Source: a bacterium
GTDB lineage: Bacteria > Patescibacteriota > Minisyncoccia > JACQLN01
Length of the DNA stretch: 64,000 nucleotides
Direction: 5' to 3'
Assembly (NCBI GenBank): GCA_030697795.1
Contig: JAUYOV010000007.1
Location: 73,810-137,809, forward strand
Position numbers and translations under genes: made by a program
In this document: in pieces, positions 44,893 through 53,010 of the stretch
Layout: every line of letters begins with the position of its first letter
Position numbering within the stretch: position 1 is the stretch's first letter
The notes under the pieces: model-generated
The model's input: the letters and a program-made list of their open reading frames with translations, nothing else
Database searches by the model: none
Told to the model about the DNA's origin: nothing

Positions 44893-44985
44893 TAAATCCG
44901 AAACTCTAAACAAACTCCAAATGCCAATTTACCAAATTAGAATTTGTGATTTAAATATTGTTTAGGATTTAGATATTAGAATTTA
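44893..44985. repeat. 'Empty' copy of the four-helix-bundle-carrying inverted-repeat element (left + right arms with about 25-nt gene remnant)
   Basis: ctaaatccgaaactctaaacaaac | tccaaATGccaatttaccaaattag | aatttgtgatttaaatattgtttaggatttagatattagaatttag. Arms near-identical to those at 44123 and 44531. Confidence 0.6.
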
Positions 44986-44991
44986 GAGATT

Positions 44992-45660
44992 ATGGCAAAT
45001 ACTTCTTCAACCCACCAACTTATAGAAACCAAAGAAATTAAAGATGGTCTTGTTGTTTTAAAAAATGGGGGATTAAGAGCTATTTTGATGGTATCTTCCA
45101 TAAACTTTGCTTTAAAATCCAGCGAAGAACAAGAAGCCATAATCGACCGCTTTCAGGGTTTTATAAATTCCATAGATTTTCCTGTTCAAATTTTGGTTCA
45201 ATCCAGAAAACTGGATATTTCTGAATATTTAAAATTTCTAAACGAAAGAATCGGCATACAAACCAACGAGCTCTTAAAAATACAGACTTCTGAATATATT
45301 AATTTTATACAAGAATTAATTAAGCTAACCAATGTTATGTCTAAGTTCTTTTATGTGATAATTCCCCTAAGTACGGTGGCCGTTCTAGCAACAGGGTTTT
45401 TTTCTAAGTTTTTTTCTAAAAACAAAAAAGGCGTTCAAGATCAAAAAGACTTAAACTTTGAAACACAAAAAAATACAATTCAACAAAGAGTAGACCAAGT
45501 TACCAGTTTGTTAAGTTCTATGGGTTTAAAAGCGATACCCTTAGAAAAAGAAGCTTTAATCGAGCTTTTGTATACATCGTATAACCCCGGCAGCGAAGTT
45601 AAGCAAAAGAATATGGAGGCCTTAATTGCCACAGGGGATGAAGCTAAAAAATCAGGATAA
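44992..45660 (+). CDS. virB4: VirB4/TrbE/PrgJ-like ATPase, N-terminal fragment (gene interrupted at A6 run)
   Basis: 222 aa. ...IKDGLVVLKNGGLRAILMVSSINFALKSSEEQEAIIDRFQGFINSIDFPVQILVQSRKLDISEYL is the typical VirB4 N-terminal domain. Confidence 0.75.
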   Translation: MANTSSTHQLIETKEIKDGLVVLKNGGLRAILMVSSINFALKSSEEQEAIIDRFQGFINSIDFPVQILVQSRKLDISEYLKFLNERIGIQTNELLKIQTSEYINFIQELIKLTNVMSKFFYVIIPLSTVAVLATGFFSKFFSKNKKGVQDQKDLNFETQKNTIQQRVDQVTSLLSSMGLKAIPLEKEALIELLYTSYNPGSEVKQKNMEALIATGDEAKKSG

Positions 45661-45665
45661 AATAT

Positions 45666-47426
45666 ATGGAACCGAAAAACCAACAAATCGCCTCGGCCGG
45701 CACCCTAGAAGATCTTTTAGCCCCGCCGGCTTTACAGGTCAATCCTTCTAATTTGCAGATAGGCGAGAAATTTTCTAGAACAATATTTGTGGCTAATTAC
45801 CCTAGATTTTTGAGCGTGGGCTGGTTTTCGCCTATTATTAACTTAGATAAAATTTTTGATGTTTCTTTATTTATTCAACCCTCCGAAACTGGTCCTGTTT
45901 TAAAAAAACTAACCAAAAAAACAGCGCAGATCGGCGCGCAGATGTCGGAAAAAGAAGAGGGGGGTTTTATACGCGATCCCATGCTAGAAACAGCTTACCA
46001 AGATTTAGAATCTTTGCGCGATAAACTGCAACAAGGCACTGAAAGGTTTTTTCGGGCCGGCTTATATCTTACTTTTTATGCTAGTTCCGTAAAAGAACTG
46101 GATGATGTTGAAAGCAGAGTAAATACGATATTAGAATCAAAATTAATATATTCTAAAGTTGCGGTGTTCCAGCAACAAGAAGGCTATACCTCTACCCTGC
46201 CTTTAAATTTAGATAAGCTTCAGGTTTATAATAGCTTAAACACTGGCCCGCTTTCTTCTTTCTTTCCTTTTGTTTCAGCCGATCTTACCTCCAACAAAGG
46301 TGTGCTTTATGGCATAAACAGGCACAATAACAGCCTTATACTTTTTGATAGATTCTCTTTAGAAAACGCCAACACGGTTGTTTTTGCTAAATCCGGTTCG
46401 GGCAAAAGCTATACTGTTAAATTAGAGGTTTTACGTTCCTTAATGCTAGGCACCGATGTAATAATTATAGACCCAGAAAGCGAGTATAAATACTTAAACG
46501 ATGTAGTGGGCGGAACTTTTGTAAATATTTCTTTAACTTCTGCTAACCATATAAATCCGTTTGATTTAACTATACCCAGCGAAGATGAAAGCCCAGCCGA
46601 AGTTTTAAAAGCTAATATTATAGAGCTGACCGGCTTATTAAAAGTAATGTTGGGCCAGTTAACGCCCGAAGAAGATTCAATTATAGACAAAGCCTTAACC
46701 GAAACCTATGCTTCGCGCGATATCAGCATAAATTCGGATTGGCGGGGCAAACAGGTACCTTTAATGGGCGACCTGCATACCGTATTAAAAAACATGCAGG
46801 GCGCGGAAAAATTAGCCATTCGCATAGAAAAATATGTGACAGGCACATTCTCTGGCTTTTTAAATCAACCCACCAATGTGGCCTTAAACAATAACTTAGT
46901 TGTTTTTTCTATAAGAGATCTGGAACCAGAACTTCGCCCAGTGGCTATGTATATTTTATTGCACTATGTTTGGAACTTAATAAGAGCGCAAAGAAAGAAA
47001 AGAATAATGGTGGTGGACGAGGCCTGGTGGATGATGCAACATCAAGAAGCCGGCGCGTTTTTATTTAGCATTGCCAAAAGATGCCGTAAATATTATTTGG
47101 GGCTTACCACTATAACCCAAGACGTGGAAGATTTTATGAAATCGCAATACGGCAAGCCCATTGTAACCAATTCCGCCCTGCAAATATTGCTAAAGCAATC
47201 GCCGGCGGCCATAGACACGGTGGCTCAAACATTTAATTTAACCGATGAAGAAAAGTTTTTACTTTTAGAGTCCAGCGTGGGCGAAGGCATATTTTTAGCC
47301 GGTTTAAAGCGCGCGGCTATAAAAGTGGTGGCTTCTTATACCGAAGATCAAGTTATTACATCCGACCCAGCGCAATTATTGGAAATAGAAGCGGCTAAGA
47401 AAGAACTAGCCGAAGCACAGAAATGA
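45666..47426 (+). CDS. virB4: VirB4/TrbE/PrgJ-like ATPase, C-terminal ATPase fragment
   Basis: 586 aa. Walker A FAKSGSGKS, Walker B/DEAW (IMVVDEAWWMM), and the conserved motifs of T4SS VirB4 ATPases. Confidence 0.85.
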   Translation: MEPKNQQIASAGTLEDLLAPPALQVNPSNLQIGEKFSRTIFVANYPRFLSVGWFSPIINLDKIFDVSLFIQPSETGPVLKKLTKKTAQIGAQMSEKEEGGFIRDPMLETAYQDLESLRDKLQQGTERFFRAGLYLTFYASSVKELDDVESRVNTILESKLIYSKVAVFQQQEGYTSTLPLNLDKLQVYNSLNTGPLSSFFPFVSADLTSNKGVLYGINRHNNSLILFDRFSLENANTVVFAKSGSGKSYTVKLEVLRSLMLGTDVIIIDPESEYKYLNDVVGGTFVNISLTSANHINPFDLTIPSEDESPAEVLKANIIELTGLLKVMLGQLTPEEDSIIDKALTETYASRDISINSDWRGKQVPLMGDLHTVLKNMQGAEKLAIRIEKYVTGTFSGFLNQPTNVALNNNLVVFSIRDLEPELRPVAMYILLHYVWNLIRAQRKKRIMVVDEAWWMMQHQEAGAFLFSIAKRCRKYYLGLTTITQDVEDFMKSQYGKPIVTNSALQILLKQSPAAIDTVAQTFNLTDEEKFLLLESSVGEGIFLAGLKRAAIKVVASYTEDQVITSDPAQLLEIEAAKKELAEAQK

Positions 47427-47427
47427 C

Positions 47428-47538
47428 AAATTCCTAATTTCTAATCAATTTCTAATGCTTAAATGCCTAATTTCAGAACTTAGCCATTAGACATTTTGGT
47501 TTGATTAGATATTAGAAATTAGATATTAGACATTTTAA
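47428..47538. repeat. Inverted-repeat intergenic element, TCTAAT-unit family (copy 5)
   Basis: caaattcctaatttctaatcaatttctaatgcttaaatgcctaatt ... gtttgattagatattagaaattagatattagacatttt. Confidence 0.7.
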
Positions 47539-47539
47539 A

Positions 47540-47941
47540 ATGGATGAACAAAACGAATTAGAAGCCGAGGGCTTAACAGAAGAAGAAATTGAGGGCGTTA
47601 AAAACGGCGATATTAAAGAACCAGTGTTTCCAACTATGATTTTTGCCGCCGCTTTAACTAAAGATACTTTAGATATAATAGAGGCGTTGTGGGTTGTTAC
47701 TTTTGGTATAATAGGCACAATAACAAATACATTTATGGTGCCTCTAGTTTATACTTATGTGAATACTAACTTAAACCTATCCAGAAGATATATTTATAAA
47801 AGACTCATCGGCAAAGCTATAGCGGAATTTGTGCCATATTTATCGGCTGTCTCGTTTTGGTCGTTGTTTGTTTGGAAAGCTCATCAAAGAGAAAAAAAGA
47901 AAATGGAAAAGGTGCTAAGCATTATGAATAAATCATCTTAG
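47540..47941 (+). CDS. Hypothetical small membrane protein (acidic N-terminus, 2-3 TM)
   Basis: 133 aa. Immediately downstream of virB4. Confidence 0.4.
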   Translation: MDEQNELEAEGLTEEEIEGVKNGDIKEPVFPTMIFAAALTKDTLDIIEALWVVTFGIIGTITNTFMVPLVYTYVNTNLNLSRRYIYKRLIGKAIAEFVPYLSAVSFWSLFVWKAHQREKKKMEKVLSIMNKSS

Positions 47942-47944
47942 ATA

Positions 47945-48781
47945 ATGAAATTAAAACATACAAAACTATTTACGATTCTAGTTATAACTATTTCTATAAT
48001 AACAGTGCCTATTTTTTCTTTGGCTCAAGAAAATCTAGATCAAGTTAGCGATACAGATATTGAGCAGGTAGAAAATTTAATAAACTCTACAATAGAAACA
48101 GCTCTTAAGGAAGAGCGAGCAGAAGGCAACGACTTTAATTTAGATATAGTTTGGAAAGCCAATACTTTATTGCCTTACGATTATAAAGGTAAAGCCTGGC
48201 CCAGCTCTTTATCGTCTATCGTTTTTTACGCTATGGCCGACGTGCCCAACCCCGATAGTTTAGTTTATACCTGGTTAATAGACGATATTTCTTCTAACAA
48301 AGAGGGTCCCGAACTTCAAGGCCGGGGTAAAAGCACCTTTAACTGGTTTACATTCCAAACTCCAGAGTTTACACACGAGTTAAGGGTTTTTGCCCAAGAC
48401 AACGATGGGCGCAAGGGTAGTGCTTCTTTAAATATTAAAACAGTAAGCCCAGAAATTAATTTTAGTATAATCAACAACAATATTTTTAATAATTCAATTT
48501 TTGGTTCATTAAAACTCCAACCGGGTAGCAGTACTAATATATTGGTTCGCCCCTTTTACTTTAATTTATTTAATCTGGATGGTTTAGATTTTATATGGAA
48601 GTTAAACGGCAAAGCCGATAAAAATTCTGGCCCCAGAAAAGATATTCTGCCTTTGAACATTTCCTCTTCAGCCCTACCGGGCGCTTATTCTAATTTACGC
48701 CTAGAATTAAAAAATAATAAGCAAAAAAATAATATTTTTGACAGTGCTAATGCCACAATCAATATAAATATAATTAAATGA
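47945..48781 (+). CDS. Hypothetical secreted protein
   Basis: 278 aa. Signal peptide LFTILVITISIITVPIFSLAQ. Asn-rich. Confidence 0.45.
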   Translation: MKLKHTKLFTILVITISIITVPIFSLAQENLDQVSDTDIEQVENLINSTIETALKEERAEGNDFNLDIVWKANTLLPYDYKGKAWPSSLSSIVFYAMADVPNPDSLVYTWLIDDISSNKEGPELQGRGKSTFNWFTFQTPEFTHELRVFAQDNDGRKGSASLNIKTVSPEINFSIINNNIFNNSIFGSLKLQPGSSTNILVRPFYFNLFNLDGLDFIWKLNGKADKNSGPRKDILPLNISSSALPGAYSNLRLELKNNKQKNNIFDSANATININIIK

Positions 48782-48785
48782 TAAA

Positions 48786-48879
48786 TAAATCCGAAGCACG
48801 AAATCCGAAGCACGAAACAAATCTCAAATTCAAAATTTTAAATTACAAATTTTGGGTATTAAGATTTGGATATTGGAAT
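48786..48879. repeat. Inverted-repeat intergenic element, CGAAAT/GCACGAA-unit family (copy 2)
   Basis: aaatccgaagcacgaaatccgaagcacgaaacaaatctcaaattcaaaat ... attttgggtattaagatttggatattggaatttgtttg. Confidence 0.6.
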
Positions 48880-49722
48880 TTGTTTGTAATTTGTTGCTTG
48901 GGATTTGTAATTTTGTCGTCTTCGTCTTCGGCGCTGGAGGTTTCTTTTCCCACAGTTCAAGGCGCGGAAGTGGGCGACTCTATGGGGCCGGCTGAATGGA
49001 TAAAATATATTTTTCTTTTGGCCCAAGCTCTGGTGGGCCTCGCCATAATATACGCCTTTGTTAGAGCGGGCTTATTATGGATGACGGGCGGCGACAATCA
49101 AACCAGAATAGGCGAGGCTAAAAAGTGGATCACCGGCGCTATAACAGGACTCGTTATACTTTTAGGCTCTTATTTATTTTTAAAAACTATAAACCCGCAA
49201 CTGGTTAACATTAAAAACCCGGGCGTAAACTTTGGCACCGACGCACCCAGTGGTATATTAGATTTTTGGAATAAATTGTTTTTTAAAAAACATGGCGTGG
49301 GAGAATCTTGTGGGTCTAGTTTTGATTGCCAAGGCCTTCTTGAGTGCGTGAGAGACCCTAAAAACCCCAGAGCATCTAGTGGTGTATGCACCAACACAAG
49401 CGAGTTATTTTTAGGATATGAAGCTGGTCATGCATGCGGAAAAGATTCTGAATGTGGTGATGATTTAACTTGTGACGACGAAAAAAAAGTTTGTGTCGCT
49501 GGAACAAAAACAGCTGGGGGATCAATATGCGGACCAGGAAATCAGTGTTCTAGTGAACAAAGATGTTTTAAAACATCTTCTGGCGAATTAGCTGAAAACA
49601 TACCTGGCGAGTGTAGTTCTTACAAAGCGCTAGGCGAAGATTGTAGAACAGATATCGCCAATGAATGCCGTGGTATTGGAACAGAATGCGACCTAACAAC
49701 TAAAAAGTGTATAAAAAAATAA
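48880..49722 (+). CDS. VirB2/TrbC-like pilin-family N-terminal domain fused to a C-terminal domain of four Cys-rich repeats
   Basis: Probable TTG start at 48880 (signal-like LFVICCLGFVILSSSSSA). Helix-MTGGDNQTRIGEAKKWI-helix as in the 7220/7746/8101 paralogs. C-terminus has four repeats of C-x-C-type modules (CGSSFDCQGLLEC; CGKDSECGDDLTC; CGPGNQCSSEQRC; CRTDIANECRGIGTEC). The track ORF starts at 48778 inside the repeat. Confidence 0.5.
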   Translation: MFVICCLGFVILSSSSSALEVSFPTVQGAEVGDSMGPAEWIKYIFLLAQALVGLAIIYAFVRAGLLWMTGGDNQTRIGEAKKWITGAITGLVILLGSYLFLKTINPQLVNIKNPGVNFGTDAPSGILDFWNKLFFKKHGVGESCGSSFDCQGLLECVRDPKNPRASSGVCTNTSELFLGYEAGHACGKDSECGDDLTCDDEKKVCVAGTKTAGGSICGPGNQCSSEQRCFKTSSGELAENIPGECSSYKALGEDCRTDIANECRGIGTECDLTTKKCIKK

Positions 49723-50859
49723 ATGAGTCAAAAAGGTAAAAAACTTCTAATTATTTTATCGGTAATTTTAGGCTTAACTTTAATAAGTTTGGGTATATAT
49801 TATTTTTTCTTTAAAAAAACCGTTGAAGCACCGGCAACTGTAACAGATGAAGAATTACTAGGCGGAGAAGTAACTCCGAGTGCCAAAGAAAGGTTAATTC
49901 CCATAACCGAAGAGGCTGTTTTAGGCGCGGGCTTAAACATAATCGACCAAGAAGCTGGGGTAAGTAAAATTGTTTACGCGGCTTGGGACGGCAGTATTAA
50001 CCAAATAGATTTAAACGGCGCGGGTAAGAACAAAATTGGCCTAGTGGCTGTAGACAGAATCGGTGAGGTTAATGTTTCAGAATCCGGAGAGCTTTTGTCT
50101 TTTAAATATAGTTTAGCTTCGGGCGCCAATAGATTTATAATTTATAATGTAACCGACAAAACCCTAAAAACCCTGTCTCAAGAAACAGAGGATGTTTCTT
50201 TAAGTAATAGCAATAAAGAAGCAGTTATTGTTTATTCCGATAGAAATGGCAAAAAAATAGCTATAAGTTATGACGATTTTTCAAAAAATAGGGATATTAT
50301 TCCAACCAAAATACCCGATATTAAAATAGATTGGTTTAACAGCGATAACATTGCCCTAACCACAAGACCGTCCGGCGTGGCCCAAGGCATTTTTTATGTG
50401 TTAAATATTAAAACTAAAAAAAACACCCGTGTATTGGGCGGGGAATACGGTTTAACTACTAATTTTTCACCCAGTGGTAAAAAAGTTTTAGTTTCCAGAA
50501 CAAATTCCGATGGGCGCAATTTAAAACTTTCTAGTATTAACCTAGACAAAAAAACAGAAAGAAATATCAGCCTGTTTACACTGCCCGAAAAATGTTCGTG
50601 GGGCCAAGATGAAAGAATTCTATTTTGTTCTGTTTTTAAAGTTAACGACCCAGATATTTTTGTAATGCCCGACGATTATTACAAAAGACGCGTGCGCTCC
50701 AACGGCGAAGAAATTGTGAGAATAAACACCGAAACCGGCCAAATCCAAAAAGTTATAGACGGGTCTTTTGATGCTTCAAATTTGTTTTTAGTGCCAGACG
50801 AGAGCTACCTTTTCTTTATAAATAAGATAGATGGACGTCTATATCGTTTGACGCTCTAA
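49723..50859 (+). CDS. Membrane-anchored TolB-like (PD40) beta-propeller repeat protein
   Basis: 378 aa. N-terminal TM. Repeated ...SPSGKKVLVSRTNSDGRNLKL... / ...IVYSDRNGKKIAISYDD... blocks characteristic of PD40/WD40-like propellers. Confidence 0.5.
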   Translation: MSQKGKKLLIILSVILGLTLISLGIYYFFFKKTVEAPATVTDEELLGGEVTPSAKERLIPITEEAVLGAGLNIIDQEAGVSKIVYAAWDGSINQIDLNGAGKNKIGLVAVDRIGEVNVSESGELLSFKYSLASGANRFIIYNVTDKTLKTLSQETEDVSLSNSNKEAVIVYSDRNGKKIAISYDDFSKNRDIIPTKIPDIKIDWFNSDNIALTTRPSGVAQGIFYVLNIKTKKNTRVLGGEYGLTTNFSPSGKKVLVSRTNSDGRNLKLSSINLDKKTERNISLFTLPEKCSWGQDERILFCSVFKVNDPDIFVMPDDYYKRRVRSNGEEIVRINTETGQIQKVIDGSFDASNLFLVPDESYLFFINKIDGRLYRLTL

Positions 50860-50865
50860 AGAAAA

Positions 50866-50990
50866 TTCAAAGCACGAAATACGAAATTCGAAACAAATTC
50901 CAATGTTCAAAATCCCAAATCCAAAACCGTTTAGAATTTATAATTTGGTATTTAGATATTGTTTCGGATTTCGATATTGGGATTTCGTAT
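50866..50990. repeat. Inverted-repeat intergenic element, CGAAAT-unit family (copy 3)
   Basis: aaagcacgaaatacgaaattcgaaacaaattccaat ... attgtttcggatttcgatattgggatttcgtattt. Confidence 0.65.
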
Positions 50991-51446
50991 TTAAGCAGGT
51001 TTGATTACTACTCTCCTTTCCTCTCCTTCGCCCACACTTTCACTCTTAACCCCGTCAATCTGTTCTACTGTTAAGTGTATTATCTTTCTTTCCATGGCCG
51101 ACATAATTCCCAGTTCTACAGCTTGGCCGGTTTCTAAAACTTTATGGGCGCTATTTTTGGCTAAAGCCACCAAATAATCTTCTTTTTCTTTTTGGTAGTT
51201 ATTAATATCAAAAACAAAACTGGAGAATATAGAAAAATCTCCAGTTTTTTTAGCCACCAGTAAAGATATTATATACTGAAAAGATTTTAGATTCTCTCCG
51301 TCTCGGCCAATTAAAAACCCTGCTTCAGTAATAGAAACATTGGCTCTTATCCGTCCATTATTATTTTCTATAGTTAGCTCCGGTTCAATATTTAAAAAGC
51401 TAAATATTTTTAAAATAGTTTCCCGAATTATTTCTGCATTTTCCAT
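50991..51446 (-). CDS. jag: Jag/KhpB-like KH + R3H domain RNA-binding protein
   Basis: 151 aa. KH-like GFLIGRDGENLKSFQYII and R3H-like ERKIIHLTV. Conserved position downstream of yidC. Confidence 0.7.
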   Translation of the reverse strand: MENAEIIRETILKIFSFLNIEPELTIENNNGRIRANVSITEAGFLIGRDGENLKSFQYIISLLVAKKTGDFSIFSSFVFDINNYQKEKEDYLVALAKNSAHKVLETGQAVELGIMSAMERKIIHLTVEQIDGVKSESVGEGEERRVVIKPA

Positions 51447-51541
51447 GAGTTTTCGCCAATATGACTAATCTAAACTAATATACCAATAGATTTAATTAGC
51501 TATATTCGCGTCAATTCGTATATTAGCTTTTATTGGCTATA
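51447..51541. repeat. Inverted-repeat intergenic element, ATTCG-unit family; contains 27-mer identical to 56824-56850
   Basis: tatattcgcgtcaattcgtatattagc at 51501-51527 is identical to 56824-56850. Confidence 0.7.
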
Positions 51542-52249
51542 TTAGCGATTACGCATAATAACATACTGCTGAAGTAGGGTAAACAAAGTTGTAACTACCC
51601 AATAAAGAGCAAGCCCCGAAGGCAGTTTCCAAGAAATTAATACAGTAAACACTGGCAAAAAGTATAGAGTTTGCTTGGTTATGGCTTGAGTTATGTATTC
51701 ATCGGAGGCTTTGGGTGCGTTAGGCAATTTACTGTTTTTGGGCATCGTCATTTTAGCCTGAAAAAACTGGCTCACGCCGGCTAATATAGCCAAAACACTG
51801 TTCGGCAATGCTAAATTAACAAAACCAAAAAACATAGGATCAATAACATTTGGGTTATTAACAAAAGAATAAAGATCCGATAAACTATTTGGATCAAACC
51901 CCTTAAGAAAGACTTGATATAGAGCTATAAGAATAGGAATTTGGACCAACAAGGGCAAACAGCCAGACATGGGGTTAACCTTGTTCTCTTTATAGAACGC
52001 CATTAACTTTTTTGACTGCTCTTCTTTATTATCTTTATATTTTTCTTGAATTTCTTTGATTTTCGGCTGAATTTCTTGCAAAGCCCTTTGGGATTTAACA
52101 GCTTTGCCGGTCAGGGGCCAAAAAACAAGTTTAACAATCGCCGTTACAGCTATAATGGCAAGGCCAATGTCGGAACCGGGTATGGTGTTGTATAAAAAAA
52201 CTAAAAGATTAAATAAGGGGCGATATAAAAATTCGTTGAAAATATTCAC
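51542..52249 (-). CDS. yidC: Membrane protein insertase YidC (short monoderm-type)
   Basis: 235 aa. ...GLAIIAVTAIVKLVFWPLTGKAVKSQRALQEIQPKIKEIQEKYK...MSGCLPLLVQIPILIALYQVF is typical of YidC/Oxa1. Confidence 0.9.
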   Translation of the reverse strand: MNIFNEFLYRPLFNLLVFLYNTIPGSDIGLAIIAVTAIVKLVFWPLTGKAVKSQRALQEIQPKIKEIQEKYKDNKEEQSKKLMAFYKENKVNPMSGCLPLLVQIPILIALYQVFLKGFDPNSLSDLYSFVNNPNVIDPMFFGFVNLALPNSVLAILAGVSQFFQAKMTMPKNSKLPNAPKASDEYITQAITKQTLYFLPVFTVLISWKLPSGLALYWVVTTLFTLLQQYVIMRNR

Positions 52250-52252
52250 TTT

Positions 52253-52352
52253 AATATCTAATGTCTAATTACTAATATCTAATCAATTTCTAATGTCTAA
52301 ATAGTCTTATCATTAGTCATTGGGATTTGATTAGAAATTAGATATTAGAAAT
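52253..52352. repeat. Inverted-repeat intergenic element, TCTAAT-unit family (copy 6), inside the rnpA-yidD-yidC operon
   Basis: atatctaatgtctaattactaatatctaatcaatttctaatgtctaaat ... gggatttgattagaaattagatattagaaattt. Confidence 0.7.
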
Positions 52353-52355
52353 TTG

Positions 52356-52586
52356 TTACTTACACCTAATTATTCTTTTAATAGCCAGCCGAAGACCCCT
52401 GCACACCCCGTGTTTATCAATAGACTCCACACTATATTGTGAACAAGTAGGTTTTTGCCTGCAACCAGAAGGTAGGCCTGAGTTTAAGTTAAACATAGGC
52501 GATAAATAAATAAAATTAAAAAACCCCGTGCTAGGCGATAGGGTTTTTTGATAAATTTTAATCAAAAATATGGCTAGTTTCTTCAT
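52356..52586 (-). CDS. yidD: Membrane protein insertion efficiency factor YidD
   Basis: 76 aa. ...CRQKPTCSQYSVESIDKHGVCRGLRLAIKRIIRC matches the YidD Cys motif (CRF.PSCS.Y...A....G...G..L...RI.RC). Confidence 0.75.
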   Translation of the reverse strand: MKKLAIFLIKIYQKTLSPSTGFFNFIYLSPMFNLNSGLPSGCRQKPTCSQYSVESIDKHGVCRGLRLAIKRIIRCK

Positions 52587-52587
52587 C

Positions 52588-52854
52588 TTATAAATCGCTT
52601 AGTATTTCTGTCAGGCTTGTTTTAATATCGGAAAATTTAATATTAACAATACTGGGCAAAACAACAATCTTTAGACTCGCCGCCGATTTAGTTAAATCAA
52701 TCCTTCTTACTATTTCCCTTATTTGTCTCTTTATCTTATTCCTTACAACAGCTTTTTTAGACACGTTAAGCCCTATAACAATATCAATCCGGCGATCCTC
52801 GTTGGATTCTTTCTTACTAGCATAAACAACAAAAAACTTGCCGGAACGCTTCAT
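52588..52854 (-). CDS. rnpA: RNase P protein component
   Basis: 88 aa. ...GLNVSKKAVVRNKIKRQIREIV matches RnpA (VSKKVGKAVVRNRVKRRLRE). Immediately downstream of rpmH. Confidence 0.7.
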   Translation of the reverse strand: MKRSGKFFVVYASKKESNEDRRIDIVIGLNVSKKAVVRNKIKRQIREIVRRIDLTKSAASLKIVVLPSIVNIKFSDIKTSLTEILSDL

Positions 52855-52866
52855 TTTATATAAAAA

Positions 52867-53010
52867 CTAACGAGAAACAGTTAGCCTCTTCCTGCCTTTG
52901 GCTCTACGTCTTTTAACCGTATTACGTCCTGTATAGGTAGACATTCTATTCAAAAAACCGTGTGTTCTGGCTCTTTTTTTATTCTTTGGTCGATATTTAG
53001 TTATTTTCAT
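52867..53010 (-). CDS. rpmH: 50S ribosomal protein L34
   Basis: 47 aa from reverse complement: [46 protein letters not shown]. Not in the track (<60 aa). Confidence 0.85.
   Translation of the reverse strand: MKITKYRPKNKKRARTHGFLNRMSTYTGRNTVKRRRAKGRKRLTVSR

Noticed and set aside
9121-52355. Possibility that the dispersed short repeats are CRISPR arrays
   Set aside because: No array of identical direct repeats separated by unique, similar-length spacers. Units are 5-7 nt degenerate and organised as inverted arms. No cas genes in the window.
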